Shown here one piece after another: positions 14,043 to 24,188 of a stretch of DNA of 64,000 nucleotides (its first letter is position 1; each line of letters begins with the position of its first letter). Under the pieces are notes generated by a model. The model saw only the letters and a program-made list of their open reading frames with translations. It had not been told where the DNA came from and searched no databases. A program made the translations under genes and the position numbers. Source of the DNA: Patescibacteria group bacterium (GTDB lineage Bacteria > Patescibacteriota > Microgenomatia > UBA8517); the NCBI GenBank assembly GCA_041499035.1, contig JBGQJK010000002.1, positions 6,571 through 70,570 on the forward strand. The letters are read 5' to 3'.

Positions 14043-16571
14043 ATGAAACGCTTTCTGCCCATTTTCGCAACCCTCTTCGGGCTTTCCTTTTTTTTTCCAA
14101 AAGCTTCAAAAGCCCAATACACACCTTTAAACGATGTCCCAATCCCCCAGATTCACTTTCCCTGTGACAAACAAACTCAACCCGAATTTGCTTCTTTAAG
14201 ACCTTACCAGGCAGCAGCCTGCGGAGACGCTGACAAAGCACTCTACTGCAGCAACGATCTTATATTCCTGGAGACTTTTAACAGCTTTCCGGAATGTGGA
14301 GGCCAAGCGCCCGCAGGGGAGGGAAAATTTATTTGCAACACAAATAAATTTATTCCAAACCATAATTTAATTGTAGATTTGGCCAATAGCGATCTCCCCA
14401 TCCTTGGAAATACCGAGTTAACTAAGGACAGCATCAACTCGACCGATAAAATTAGTGATGCGGGAAAAATGAATGAGTATGCAAGCTGGTACCTTAACGG
14501 AACTCTTAATAGAGCGGAGTACGGACAAATTGACCCTACCCAGATTGCCGATTATTCGGGACCAATTCAAAAAGTCATGCCCCAAGTAATTCTTGAGGCC
14601 GATAGAATAGGCACAATCGCCTCAGCTTCAGCAATGACAACATATATTCCGGAAAATGACAACGGCGGTACTGCGGCCCCACAAGCCACTACTGAGCCCC
14701 AAAACCATAACCAGATAGTTGTTTGCTATAAGAAACAGGCCCAACTTATTCCGCCCATCATCACAAATTTTTTTGGGCTTGGAGCAGTAGGGCTAGGCAA
14801 GGCACTTCCCGGGGATTGTTACGATGGGGCTGGTCACATGACAGATGGGCTAAGCATACTGAGACTTGAAAGTTGGGATAAATCCAGTCCTACTGTTGAT
14901 GTTGCCGGCATTGCCAGCTGGCTTCTTAAAATTTTTCCTCCGAATATTGTGTCTATACTTACAAGTAGCACTGCCATCCTCGATCGCTGGCCATATAAAT
15001 TTCCCCCTCTCCCTTGGTCGGATAAAAACGGTCAGCCTTTTTCTAGTCCGGACGCATATCAAAAGGCTTATAACGAATGGCGGGGGCAACTCTGTGCTTA
15101 TATTTCATTCCCAATACTGGGAACCAAGTTATTTTGTGGCGGAATTCCGGGCGTAACAAATAATGATTTTGCAGACCTTTTTCCCTTTATTCCCCTCGGG
15201 AACACTGTTGATAAACACGGCTCCGAAACCGCATATATAGCGGAAATTCAGCCACTGGGAGAGACCCAGATTGCTGACCCTTCGTACGATGTACCAAAAA
15301 ATGCTCCCCTTTGGTTCTCACACACCGAAGAAGTAATGAACATGTCAAAGTTCTTAAACTCCAGTTATACCCCCCTCGACTGCACAGTAACTAACGGTAA
15401 ACAAACCTGTCAGCCACTTGCCAGTGTAGCGGAACCTAAAACTACGGAGGCGAATGTCTGCAACGTAGTAAATGTAAGAACAAATTCGGGAGATAACCTC
15501 TTCCCCGGCCAAACACATGGAGTCGTGGTCCCCAATGTTCACTACACGATCACACAAGTCCCGTGCGAGAAAAAAATAGTAATACAGACGATCGGAAAAC
15601 CCCCTAATGAAAAAACAGTAAGACGAACCGTTATCACTTGCGATGCCGAAATAAATATAACAATCCCCACAATTACAAAGAGTCCATCACTTGACCCGAT
15701 ATTCCAAAGCACGGTTGCTTATTCCGGGTCTACATTCAGGAAGATCTATCCCAAAGTGGAAACGGGTGCCCCTGTAAATTGTATTGCGGATATTCCGGGT
15801 TCAACCGGAGTTGATTACACGGGAACAGATAACGTACCCGCGGGTGGAAACAGCTCGTTTAAATATAAAAATCCTGCGCTAGGTTCAAACAATGCCTCCG
15901 AACTATATTTTCCACACCTCGGTTCAGTCTATGACTACTTTCTTAAAGGCATTCAAACCGCTCTACGCCCGCAAGGATTCGGAGCCCCAACACCAATAAG
16001 CGGAAAGTACTGCAGTCCGACAGTACCAACCCAGTGCAATGCCAACGTCCCCGATTCAGCCGTCTCCAGCAAATTTCTTGGCGCTTTCAAAACCAACTTT
16101 ATACTCGTTGCCGACAGGTGGACTCTTGACTGCCCCGGGCCGCAATACAATTTGGCTGCTCAATGTTACAACTACGTTGTCAGCGAGGCCCAGAAAGCCG
16201 GTGTTAATCCTGCGTTTGCTTTGTCTATTTGGCTTCATGAATCAGATGCAAGCAACTATTGTCATGGCGGCCTCTCTACTCAGGATTTTGGACAAAATGT
16301 TGCCAGCGAGTATCAAAATATAGTTGCTCAGTTAACTGGATTCTTGGCTATGGCAAAGCAAAAGCTCTGCAACGGCGTTCCGGGATTCCCTGAACCCATG
16401 GCCGGTTGGCTAAGTAGATATAAAAGTAGTTCCGGTTCATGTAATCCGGCAGACTCTGATGCAATGAGCTATTACCCTGAAATTCGGGATACATCCTGGG
16501 GAGTGCTAACTAATTGTGTGAAAGGTACCAAATTCGGAATTACCTGGCCCACCGATATGAGTTGTCCCTAA
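14043..16571 (+). CDS. Large secreted Cys-rich protein with C-terminal lysozyme/SLT-like domain
   Basis: Signal peptide (ASKA|Q); many Cys; VVSEAQKAGVNPAFALSIWLHES resembles the SLT catalytic helix. Confidence 0.65.
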   Translation: MKRFLPIFATLFGLSFFFPKASKAQYTPLNDVPIPQIHFPCDKQTQPEFASLRPYQAAACGDADKALYCSNDLIFLETFNSFPECGGQAPAGEGKFICNTNKFIPNHNLIVDLANSDLPILGNTELTKDSINSTDKISDAGKMNEYASWYLNGTLNRAEYGQIDPTQIADYSGPIQKVMPQVILEADRIGTIASASAMTTYIPENDNGGTAAPQATTEPQNHNQIVVCYKKQAQLIPPIITNFFGLGAVGLGKALPGDCYDGAGHMTDGLSILRLESWDKSSPTVDVAGIASWLLKIFPPNIVSILTSSTAILDRWPYKFPPLPWSDKNGQPFSSPDAYQKAYNEWRGQLCAYISFPILGTKLFCGGIPGVTNNDFADLFPFIPLGNTVDKHGSETAYIAEIQPLGETQIADPSYDVPKNAPLWFSHTEEVMNMSKFLNSSYTPLDCTVTNGKQTCQPLASVAEPKTTEANVCNVVNVRTNSGDNLFPGQTHGVVVPNVHYTITQVPCEKKIVIQTIGKPPNEKTVRRTVITCDAEINITIPTITKSPSLDPIFQSTVAYSGSTFRKIYPKVETGAPVNCIADIPGSTGVDYTGTDNVPAGGNSSFKYKNPALGSNNASELYFPHLGSVYDYFLKGIQTALRPQGFGAPTPISGKYCSPTVPTQCNANVPDSAVSSKFLGAFKTNFILVADRWTLDCPGPQYNLAAQCYNYVVSEAQKAGVNPAFALSIWLHESDASNYCHGGLSTQDFGQNVASEYQNIVAQLTGFLAMAKQKLCNGVPGFPEPMAGWLSRYKSSSGSCNPADSDAMSYYPEIRDTSWGVLTNCVKGTKFGITWPTDMSCP

Positions 16572-16619
16572 AGGTAAAGGGCCTTTGATTTTTTACGTCA
16601 AACCATTAGAATAAACATA

Positions 16620-18185
16620 ATGTCCAAGCCGCTCAAAAAAATTGTATTTTCTTTTTTAACTGCACTCGTCCTTCTTTTTTCTTTTGCTCCATTTTTTAGA
16701 GCAAAAGCTGCAATCCCACCGGGAGGAATAAATGTCGGCATTGACCCAAGTAATCTTTGGAGTCATACGTGGTATGCCGAGGAGAATCCGTTTGCCTGGT
16801 ATCAAAAAGTTTACGACGATTCTATATCCCCAACCAGCGAGATTTTTGGAGAACGCTATACGGCCGCACAAGTCCAGTGGGTTATTTACGGGCTTTTCTC
16901 CTTCTTCTGGAACTTTATACCTGGAAACCCGCAACTGACAACCTGCGCTATTAGCGGGGATATCAGCAGCTGCCAAACCTTGCTTCAAAAACTCCAAAGT
17001 GCTATCAAAATAGGTGATAGTAGCGGGCCGACGCCGGCATCAACTACGGCATCTATATTTACTTTTGCTGGCCAGAATCCGATTTCAGGAGTTTATTATT
17101 TTAAAAACCTGATCGGGAAATTTTCCCTAATATCCGAGGTTCACGCCCAGGGGTTTGGCTACACAAACGCAGCAAATTCAATTGTAGGTATTTGGAGAGT
17201 TACCAGAAATATTAGCTACGGCTTTATGGTATTGGCCATAATCATTTTTGCTTTTATGATTATGTTTAGAGTAAAAATCAATCCCCAGGTAGTTATTACA
17301 GTTCAACTCGCAATACCGAGACTGGTATTCGCATTAATCCTCATTACTTTTTCATATGCAATCGCAGGGTTCGCGATCGATTTAATGTATGTAACAATCG
17401 GGCTTTTAGCAGTATTAATAAACGGGGCTCAGTTAACAAGCGAGACACCTATCCAGCTGTTCCAAAACTTTGTCTCGAGCAATAGTTTTGTATTATTATA
17501 TAACTACTGGATACATTTATTGGTCGCAAGTATTGTTGCCACGGTTTCGCCCGGTGGAGGATTCGGGCTTGGAATTCTTCTTGTCCTATTCGCAATAATT
17601 GCTATTCTTGCAGTTATATGGTGGTCCCTCAAAATTGTTTGGATGGTAATTAAAACGTTTGTGTCAATTATTCTGACGATCGTCGTTGGACCGTTAGAAA
17701 TAATGCTCGGGACAGTCACTGAATCTACAGGTTTTGGCGCGTGGCTTAAAAGACTGATATCTTATTTGGCGGTTTATCCTATGATGTGTTTAATGTTTTT
17801 TCTGGCATTTTTCTTCCTCAATCAGGGCGGGGACACAGCCGGATTCGGAGGGACAATTCCGTTTAACCCGGCAACAAATTTCATAGGTCCTAATTCGTGG
17901 GTTCCGCCTATGTCATTTTTAACGGGAAACGGACAAAGGTTAATATGGATTCTTGTAAGCTTTGTTATTTTCAGCGAGATAACAAAAGTCGCAGAAATGG
18001 CACAAAAATTTATTGAGGGTAAGCCGTGGGAGTATGGAACTGCTGTTGGAGAAGTGAGACAGGGTGCAAAGAACGTTGGTCAGTCCGCAACCGACTTCGC
18101 AAGACTATATGCCTCCACTAAGGCTATCGGAGGAACTGCACAAGGAGTAGTCAACGCTCTAAAGTGGCTAGCATTTATGCCGTAG
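16620..18185 (+). CDS. Polytopic membrane protein, VirB6/TrbL-like
   Basis: Multiple TMs; ILITFSYAIAGFAIDL, IVVGPL, FGAWLKRL; position within the T4SS-like locus. Confidence 0.65.
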   Translation: MSKPLKKIVFSFLTALVLLFSFAPFFRAKAAIPPGGINVGIDPSNLWSHTWYAEENPFAWYQKVYDDSISPTSEIFGERYTAAQVQWVIYGLFSFFWNFIPGNPQLTTCAISGDISSCQTLLQKLQSAIKIGDSSGPTPASTTASIFTFAGQNPISGVYYFKNLIGKFSLISEVHAQGFGYTNAANSIVGIWRVTRNISYGFMVLAIIIFAFMIMFRVKINPQVVITVQLAIPRLVFALILITFSYAIAGFAIDLMYVTIGLLAVLINGAQLTSETPIQLFQNFVSSNSFVLLYNYWIHLLVASIVATVSPGGGFGLGILLVLFAIIAILAVIWWSLKIVWMVIKTFVSIILTIVVGPLEIMLGTVTESTGFGAWLKRLISYLAVYPMMCLMFFLAFFFLNQGGDTAGFGGTIPFNPATNFIGPNSWVPPMSFLTGNGQRLIWILVSFVIFSEITKVAEMAQKFIEGKPWEYGTAVGEVRQGAKNVGQSATDFARLYASTKAIGGTAQGVVNALKWLAFMP

Positions 18186-18192
18186 AATGCAA

Positions 18193-20460
18193 CTAAGCTT
18201 CAAGGCCTTTATTGGTAGCATCTGTGGGGAGTCCCTTGGCTTGGTCTGGAGGGATAATTCCGATTCTTCCTATTCTATAACGTATCCTGTCTATGGCTGA
18301 TACTACCTTGTTTGTCATAACCCCTCTATCTTTGGTTGCTACTTTATCTGCATCTTGCGCCAGCCACTCCTTATACTGAGGGAGTGATCTTATTCCATCC
18401 CAAAAAGCTAGCACCAACTTTTTTTTATAATTCCTTACCTCATCCGTAACGTATTTATCTGTAGCTTTTTTGTTAGCTTTGGCTTGTTCCACTTTTCTTC
18501 TGTCTTTTTTATCCGCTTCGGTTAAGGCTGCCTCGCCTCCTTCTCTAATTCCATTATATATCCCCCTGAAGCGGCCGTTAAACACAACCTGCGCGTTTAG
18601 TGCAATCCCCATATTGGCGGCGAATTTTTCCCAAAAAGTTTTTTCTTTAAGTTCCCGTATATCCCAATCTGTTCTCATCATGTACTGGAAAAGTCCGATT
18701 TTTTCCCGACCGGCAATAAATATTCCAAGGGCTGCCTGATTATATGTTTTTGGATGAAGACCCTCCCACTGCAGCTCACCAAGATGAAATGCTCTTTCTG
18801 CGGGAAGTTCTACCATTTTTCTAAGAACGGGGTCATATCCCTGTCCTTTTCTATACCCCCATCTCATCTCGTCAAATGACCTTTTCCCAACATCTACAAA
18901 CTTCATTTTTATCTTACTCTCGACAAATTGCCTATTACCATCCTTATCCAAATCTTCCACCTCTTTTACCGTCCCGTCATCATTAAGCTCGTGCCCCTTA
19001 CCTGTCCAACTTTTAAAATAGGGAACCGCAAACCTATCAGGATATTTTTGGAAAGCGCCATCGGGTCCAAAACCTCTGATTTCAGGTTTTAAGAACCTAT
19101 AGACCTGAGTAAAAATATTGGGGCCAATTACTTTAATTCTATCGCAGGAAGTCATTCCCCCCATCTCATGGGATATATAGTTACCTTCCGGACGATCAAG
19201 TTCTTTATCATATTCTCTATGGTAAACCTGACCCCCAAGGTCGGAAGCCATTCCGGTTACTCTAAGCATCTCCCAAGCGATAAAGCGGGCATCCCGCGCC
19301 TCTTTTTTAGCCATGTTACCTTTAGCCTCGCTTCCACCCCCTATAAACCTTTCAATTTGTTCAAAAACATGCTCTGCGTCGTTCCACGAAGACTCAACCA
19401 AAATGTTTCCTTTCTCCGTAAGGAGCCCTCTAATGCCTTTGTGTTTTTTATCAGGATCATTAAAGTCGACCGGCTCTTTGTTCCATGACCACGGCTCGCC
19501 AATCCATTTAACCAAAGTAGCATTTAATGTTCTTCCTTGCCTTTCTTCGGGTCTTAAGAAAAGGTCATCTACTTCCTGATCCGAAACCTTAAATAAAAAC
19601 TTAAAACCGGGTCGTGTGACTAAATCTTTAAACTGCTCATAATTTTCGGACTGTGCAGCAAGTTCCAGACATTGGAGCGAAACACTCATTGCGTCCCCAA
19701 ACTCGTGGCCCTTTCTAAATTCCGCTCCGCCTTCTGTTTTTGTAAGAATGCTCTTCCTATCTACCCCTTCTACCCCAGTAAATCTACCCTCGGCGTCGCA
19801 AAGAATTCTCATCGCTTCATGGGTAAGGCTGCCCATAAAATAAAATTGGACTAGGCCCTCCAGATTTTCCGTCTGGTTCCAGACATATCTAGCCATTTTA
19901 ACCATATCTTCTCTGGCAGTCATTTCACCATCAACTCTGGTGAGGACCTCCGCAAGGGCTTTGCGCTGTTCGTCCGTACCGGGTTCGTAAGACACCGTCT
20001 GGCCAATTATCGACTCCTGCTTGATCTTTCCATCCTGATCCTGAACGACCCTCCTTTCCGTCTCCGCCCAAACAACAGTAGAGGTATAAGCATATCCCGG
20101 AAAAGAAAAGGTTGCCTCCCGCTGTTGGTCTCCATTTTCATCTACAACACTTTTGTAAGTAAGGTACCCCATATCCTGAAGATCCTGAAGCGTTTCGTTC
20201 ATTACAGAAATTCTGCCTTCCAGATTAGCTTTCACTTGATCCATACTCCATTCGGCAACTGTGCCGTCCGGCTTAAGGATCATATTTTCAAAGATGGCCA
20301 TATACGACCTACTGGCGTCGATTAATTGTTTGGGGTCTACCGAACGTTCTATGACCTCAATATTTGGAAGTCCTTCTCTAAGATGTCTTGCAGCTTCGGG
20401 TTGTTTATTTTTGTCGTCTTTACCTTGTTCCGTACTAGCACCAGTCGGGAGTTCAGTCAT
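18193..20460 (-). CDS. Large charged soluble hypothetical protein
   Basis: 755-codon ORF, no TM or signal; TGcTACAAT 6 nt before ATG 20460. Confidence 0.75.
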   Translation of the reverse strand: MTELPTGASTEQGKDDKNKQPEAARHLREGLPNIEVIERSVDPKQLIDASRSYMAIFENMILKPDGTVAEWSMDQVKANLEGRISVMNETLQDLQDMGYLTYKSVVDENGDQQREATFSFPGYAYTSTVVWAETERRVVQDQDGKIKQESIIGQTVSYEPGTDEQRKALAEVLTRVDGEMTAREDMVKMARYVWNQTENLEGLVQFYFMGSLTHEAMRILCDAEGRFTGVEGVDRKSILTKTEGGAEFRKGHEFGDAMSVSLQCLELAAQSENYEQFKDLVTRPGFKFLFKVSDQEVDDLFLRPEERQGRTLNATLVKWIGEPWSWNKEPVDFNDPDKKHKGIRGLLTEKGNILVESSWNDAEHVFEQIERFIGGGSEAKGNMAKKEARDARFIAWEMLRVTGMASDLGGQVYHREYDKELDRPEGNYISHEMGGMTSCDRIKVIGPNIFTQVYRFLKPEIRGFGPDGAFQKYPDRFAVPYFKSWTGKGHELNDDGTVKEVEDLDKDGNRQFVESKIKMKFVDVGKRSFDEMRWGYRKGQGYDPVLRKMVELPAERAFHLGELQWEGLHPKTYNQAALGIFIAGREKIGLFQYMMRTDWDIRELKEKTFWEKFAANMGIALNAQVVFNGRFRGIYNGIREGGEAALTEADKKDRRKVEQAKANKKATDKYVTDEVRNYKKKLVLAFWDGIRSLPQYKEWLAQDADKVATKDRGVMTNKVVSAIDRIRYRIGRIGIIPPDQAKGLPTDATNKGLEA

Positions 20461-20543
20461 ACAAAAATTGTAGCACAAAAAGAAGAGCCAAGAACTTGTG
20501 AAAAGGGATTCCCCTTGCGTCTAGTGCTTCACGAGATAACCTG

Positions 20544-20584
20544 TAATGAGAGCTGCCCTACTTCGTAGAAGCAAGCTCCGCTTA
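20544..20584. mobile_element. TA-flanked miniature palindromic element, copy 2
   Basis: TA-ATGAGAGCTGCCCTACTTCGTAGAAGCAAGCTCCGCT-TA; GAGCT/AGCTC and CTAC/GTAG stems. Confidence 0.55.
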
Positions 20585-21627
20585 TGGAACAGCACGCAAT
20601 ACCACAAAATGTATCTTCATACCAATTTAAATTGGTTGGAGATATGACGCTTAAACAGTTCTTTCAACTTGCGGGGGGTATTTTGGCCGGCATAATTTTT
20701 TATTCGTCCCCGCTTCTCGGCATAATCAAATGGCCGCTCGCAATTTTATCGGTACTACTTGGAATCGGACTTGCGTTTCTCCCTCTTGAGGAGCGTCCTT
20801 TGGAAAAATGGATCTTCGCTTTCTTTAAAGCAATCTACGCGCCTACTATTTTTTCCTGGCAAAAAGGCGCCACACGCCCAAAGTTTTATCAGGACGAAAC
20901 CCCTACAGCTTCCAACCCCGAACAGGACGCGGCTCTTAAAACTTATTTGGCAACGACTTCTCAAACTTCCACAGCCTTAGGAAATCTGGAAAAGGCGGAG
21001 AGCGGGTTTCTTGCCCAACTCACCGGGCTCTTTTCCCTGGGCCAGGGTACCACCCCCGCGCCCGCCCCCGTAGCGCCCCCGGTAGCCGCGCCGCCAAAGC
21101 CGGCGGTTGTACCGATTCCGGAAAACTCGCCGGTAAAAATTCCGGCAGCACCAACTCACCTGATCGTTGAAGAGAAGTTGATACCCGTAGTTCCCCAAAA
21201 CCAAGTCACCACAAACCAGGTTGTTGGGATTATTGCAGGCAACGAAATGATCTCGACCAAACAGGCAATGTTTTCTGTAGACGCAGCTCCACCCAATCCC
21301 CCCACCTCACCCAATGTAGTGGTAGGCCAGGTCGTAGACCAGGACAGAAAAATCATAGAGGGAGCAATTATGGAAATTAAAGACTCAATGGGACGCCCAA
21401 TAAGGGCCCTCAGAAGCAACAAGGTGGGACACTTCATTACGGTTACCCAACTTGATAACGGAAGATATGAAATTGTTACCGAAAAAGACGGCTATGAATT
21501 TACCCCGGTCTCGTTTGACGCAAACGGCAATCTTATTCCGCCAATTTTGGTTCAAGGAAAAAGGTTGGCACCTGAAGTAGAAGAGGCGCCCCCGGCAATA
21601 GTCAAACCGGCTTACTCAATCAATTAA
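20584..21627 (+). CDS. PrgI-family (VirB3-like) protein with Pro-rich linker and C-terminal beta-sandwich
   Basis: MEQHAIPQNVSSYQFKLVGDMTLKQF, two TMs, ERPLEKW; VVGQVVD...IEGA...G.F...LDNGRYEI (carboxypeptidase-regulatory-like). Confidence 0.8.
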   Translation: MEQHAIPQNVSSYQFKLVGDMTLKQFFQLAGGILAGIIFYSSPLLGIIKWPLAILSVLLGIGLAFLPLEERPLEKWIFAFFKAIYAPTIFSWQKGATRPKFYQDETPTASNPEQDAALKTYLATTSQTSTALGNLEKAESGFLAQLTGLFSLGQGTTPAPAPVAPPVAAPPKPAVVPIPENSPVKIPAAPTHLIVEEKLIPVVPQNQVTTNQVVGIIAGNEMISTKQAMFSVDAAPPNPPTSPNVVVGQVVDQDRKIIEGAIMEIKDSMGRPIRALRSNKVGHFITVTQLDNGRYEIVTEKDGYEFTPVSFDANGNLIPPILVQGKRLAPEVEEAPPAIVKPAYSIN

Positions 21628-21631
21628 TAAT

Positions 21632-22324
21632 ATGTTAAATATTCCAAAAATACCTTACTTATCGGTTCCGGATAAGCCAATCACTTCGACGACTCAAAAT
21701 CACCTGCCTATCGCCGACGTAACAAACGATGTTGCTCTTTATAAGGACGGTGGGGCCGCCCTTGTCATGGAGTCAACTTCCTTAAACTTTGGGCTTCTTA
21801 GTGAAAAGGAACAACAGGCAGTGATAGCCGCATATGCGGCCATGATTAACTCTCTTTCTTTCTCGGTCCAGATAATAGTTAAGACACAGCGAAAAGATAT
21901 TAGCTCCTATATCAGCTACATTGACCAGCAGGCCAAAAAACTTACCCACCCTCTTCTTCAAAAATTGATGGCGGAATACCGCGGATTCATTATGGACTCG
22001 GTTAAAAAGAAAAACGTCTTGGGAAAGCGGTTTTTTGTTGTACTTTACCTTTCCCCCCTTGAACTTGGCGTCGGAAAATCAATAGCGGCAGTAACCAAAA
22101 GGGGCGAAATGCTTCCTTTTACAAAATCGTATGTCGTAAAAAAGACAAAAATAGTTCTCTACCCCCGGCGAGACCACCTGATGCGGCAGGCGGGGCGCCT
22201 CGGAATTAAATTTAGACAACTTACGACTGCCGAACTTATTGATCTTTTCTATTTGGTTTATAACCCGGAACGTCCAGCAGTTAAAAAAGAACCTGAGGTT
22301 ATATTAGAACATAAGCAGCAATGA
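21632..22324 (+). CDS. T4SS accessory protein resembling a VirB4/TraC N-terminal region
   Basis: STTQNHLPIADV, SLNFGLLSEKEQ, INSLSFSVQI, RFFVV; overlaps the virB4 start. Confidence 0.65.
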   Translation: MLNIPKIPYLSVPDKPITSTTQNHLPIADVTNDVALYKDGGAALVMESTSLNFGLLSEKEQQAVIAAYAAMINSLSFSVQIIVKTQRKDISSYISYIDQQAKKLTHPLLQKLMAEYRGFIMDSVKKKNVLGKRFFVVLYLSPLELGVGKSIAAVTKRGEMLPFTKSYVVKKTKIVLYPRRDHLMRQAGRLGIKFRQLTTAELIDLFYLVYNPERPAVKKEPEVILEHKQQ

Positions 22325-24186
22325 AGATACAAGTTCCCGTTAATCAAGTTCCACCTCCGGCGCCCGCTGCAAGTCTTCTTGTTGTGGACAATCACACTTC
22401 AACCCCAGTCATCAAAACTCAGGAACTAAAACCAAAGATGGAAAGCCCCGCTGCAAGTGTGGCTCAAGGAGCAAGTGTTCTTGATATTATTGCCCCCCAG
22501 GCGATCGAAGAAGATTTTGATTTTTTTAAAATCAACGATGTATATTTCCGGACCATTTTTGTGGGCGGTTACCCCAGATTTGTGGCCCCGGGGTGGCTTG
22601 AGCCGGTTGTAAACTTTGATTCAAGCCTTGATATATCTTTCTATGTTTACCCCGTGGACGGAAAAAGCGTTCTCGATGATTTACGGCGCAAAATTGCGGA
22701 GATGGAGGCGGAAATTTCAACAGATATAGAACGCGGCAGAATCGTTGACCCTTCAACCCAAGCCAAACTTGAAGACGCAAGGAGTCTGCAGGAACAACTT
22801 GTCAAAGGCATTGAAAGATTCTACGAATTCAGCTTTTATATAACCATTCCCGCAAACACCGTTGAGGAGCTTAACCACGTGACCAAACAAATTGAGTCCC
22901 AACTCGGCTCACTTTTAATTGTCAGTAAACACGCCCTACTCGACCAGGAAGCCGGTTTTCTTTCAACCGCCCCGTTTGGGATGGACAGACTAAATATAAC
23001 GAGAAATATGGACACAACCTCTGTTGCTACAACTTTTCCTTTAACTTCAACGGAACTTTCAAGTGACCGTGGTGTTCTTTACGGAATAAACTCACAAAAC
23101 GAGTCTTTTATTATTTTCGACCGGTTTTCCCTTGAAAACGCAAACATGACCATTTTTGCTACCTCCGGCGCCGGAAAATCCTACTTTGTTAAGTTGGAAG
23201 CCCTAAGGTCACTTATGATTGGAACGGAAGCTATAATAATTGACCCAGAAAGCGAATATAAACCCTTGGCCCAAGCCGTAGGTGGAGAATATATTTCATT
23301 TAATTTTAATTCCCCTGCTAAAATCAACCCTTTTGACCTTTCTCAAGTCCGTGAAGAGGGCGAAAACCAGCTGGGGCAAAAAATTCTTTCGCTCCATTCA
23401 CTAATGAAAGTTATTATGGGAGTAATCACCCCGACCCAGGAGGCACTCCTCGACAGGGCTCTCGTTATGACCTACCGAAACAAAGGAATAACTATGGACC
23501 CCGACACACAATCTAGGGAACCCCCTCTTATGGAAGACTTGTATAAAACTTTAATCGGCATGGAGGTTCCCGACGCACTGGATCTTTCCGCCCGCATCGA
23601 AAAATTTGTCCGCGGGAGCTTCGTTGGAATTTTTGACAAGCAAACAAATATAAATATAACAAATCCTTTTACCGTTTTTTCGGTCAAAGACCTGCAGGAT
23701 GCCCTGCGTCCCATCGCCATGTTTATAATTCTTGACTATATTTGGACGCGCGTTAAGAAAGACTTAAAGAGAAGGATTCTGATAATTGATGAGGCCTGGC
23801 ACATGATGCGCTATCCCGACACTGCGCAGTTTCTTTGGAGTGTGGTTAAGAGGGCCCGTAAATACTTCCTGGGACTCACTACAGTAACGCAGGACGTCGA
23901 AGACTTCCTGGCGCAAGATATTGGTAAGGCAATCATTACAAACAGCTCCATGGAGGTTCTCCTAAAGCAATCCCCCGCGGCAATTGACAAAATCGGAGAA
24001 GTGTTTTATTTAAGCCAGGGAGAAAAACAACTACTTTTGGCCGCAAATGTCGGCGAAGGAATATTTTTTGCCGGACCCCACCATGCACCAATAAGAGTCG
24101 TGGCTTCCGAGGATGAAAACATCTTAATTACAACCAAGCCCCAGGAAATTGCGAAAGTAAACCCAAATCAATATGAAGCAAAATAA
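22321..24186 (+). CDS. virB4: VirB4/TraC-family ATPase
   Basis: Walker A ATSGAGKS, IIDPESEY, INPFD, Walker B LIIDEAW, RARKY, TQDVEDF, GEGIF. Confidence 0.92.
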   Translation: MKIQVPVNQVPPPAPAASLLVVDNHTSTPVIKTQELKPKMESPAASVAQGASVLDIIAPQAIEEDFDFFKINDVYFRTIFVGGYPRFVAPGWLEPVVNFDSSLDISFYVYPVDGKSVLDDLRRKIAEMEAEISTDIERGRIVDPSTQAKLEDARSLQEQLVKGIERFYEFSFYITIPANTVEELNHVTKQIESQLGSLLIVSKHALLDQEAGFLSTAPFGMDRLNITRNMDTTSVATTFPLTSTELSSDRGVLYGINSQNESFIIFDRFSLENANMTIFATSGAGKSYFVKLEALRSLMIGTEAIIIDPESEYKPLAQAVGGEYISFNFNSPAKINPFDLSQVREEGENQLGQKILSLHSLMKVIMGVITPTQEALLDRALVMTYRNKGITMDPDTQSREPPLMEDLYKTLIGMEVPDALDLSARIEKFVRGSFVGIFDKQTNINITNPFTVFSVKDLQDALRPIAMFIILDYIWTRVKKDLKRRILIIDEAWHMMRYPDTAQFLWSVVKRARKYFLGLTTVTQDVEDFLAQDIGKAIITNSSMEVLLKQSPAAIDKIGEVFYLSQGEKQLLLAANVGEGIFFAGPHHAPIRVVASEDENILITTKPQEIAKVNPNQYEAK

Positions 24187-24188
24187 TT

